Source: Raillietiella orientalis
Taxonomy: Eukaryota
Assembly: GCA_036172245.1 (NCBI GenBank)
Contig: JAYWIR010000043.1
Location: forward strand, 1,488,001 to 1,552,000
Direction of reading: 5' to 3'
DNA length: 64,000 bases
The notes under the pieces were generated by a model, which saw only the letters and a program-made list of their open reading frames with translations, made no database searches and was not told where the DNA came from. How positions within the stretch are numbered: position 1 is the stretch's first letter; every line of letters begins with the position of its first letter. A program made the translations under genes and the position numbers. Below are positions 63,964-64,000 of this stretch, one piece after another.

Positions 63964-64000
63964 ATGAAAAGTGGGATGTTAATTAGTGTACACTCTTAAG

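Overview
Repeat-saturated eukaryotic (most likely animal/invertebrate) genomic DNA. No prokaryotic operon, rRNA, CRISPR array or intact multi-exon gene is visible, and almost all listed ORFs are spurious or frameshifted relics. The window is largely a graveyard of degenerate L1/Tx1-type non-LTR retrotransposons: ORF1 CCHC knuckles, APE endonuclease, RT and a C-terminal CxxC..H..C finger are recognisable across stops and frameshifts. These are interleaved with five copies of a long (~0.8-1 kb) tRNA-derived SINE-like element that carries an internal array of hairpins and a 3' stem-loop. SINEs and LINEs are nested in each other in both directions, and several insertions have readable target-site duplications (TSDs). 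One LINE subfamily ends in a small stem-loop with no poly(A). Two near-identical inverted duplications (856 bp and ~1.77 kb) and one near-identical SINE 5' half look like recent conversion or copy tracts, or assembly collapse. The only convincing host-gene sequence is an isolated terminal exon of an ABCC/MRP transporter (27.6-27.85 kb, minus strand). Weak kringle-like and NACHT-like relics are also present. Boundaries of decayed elements are approximate and were read by eye. Novelty cannot be established without Dfam/Repbase searches.
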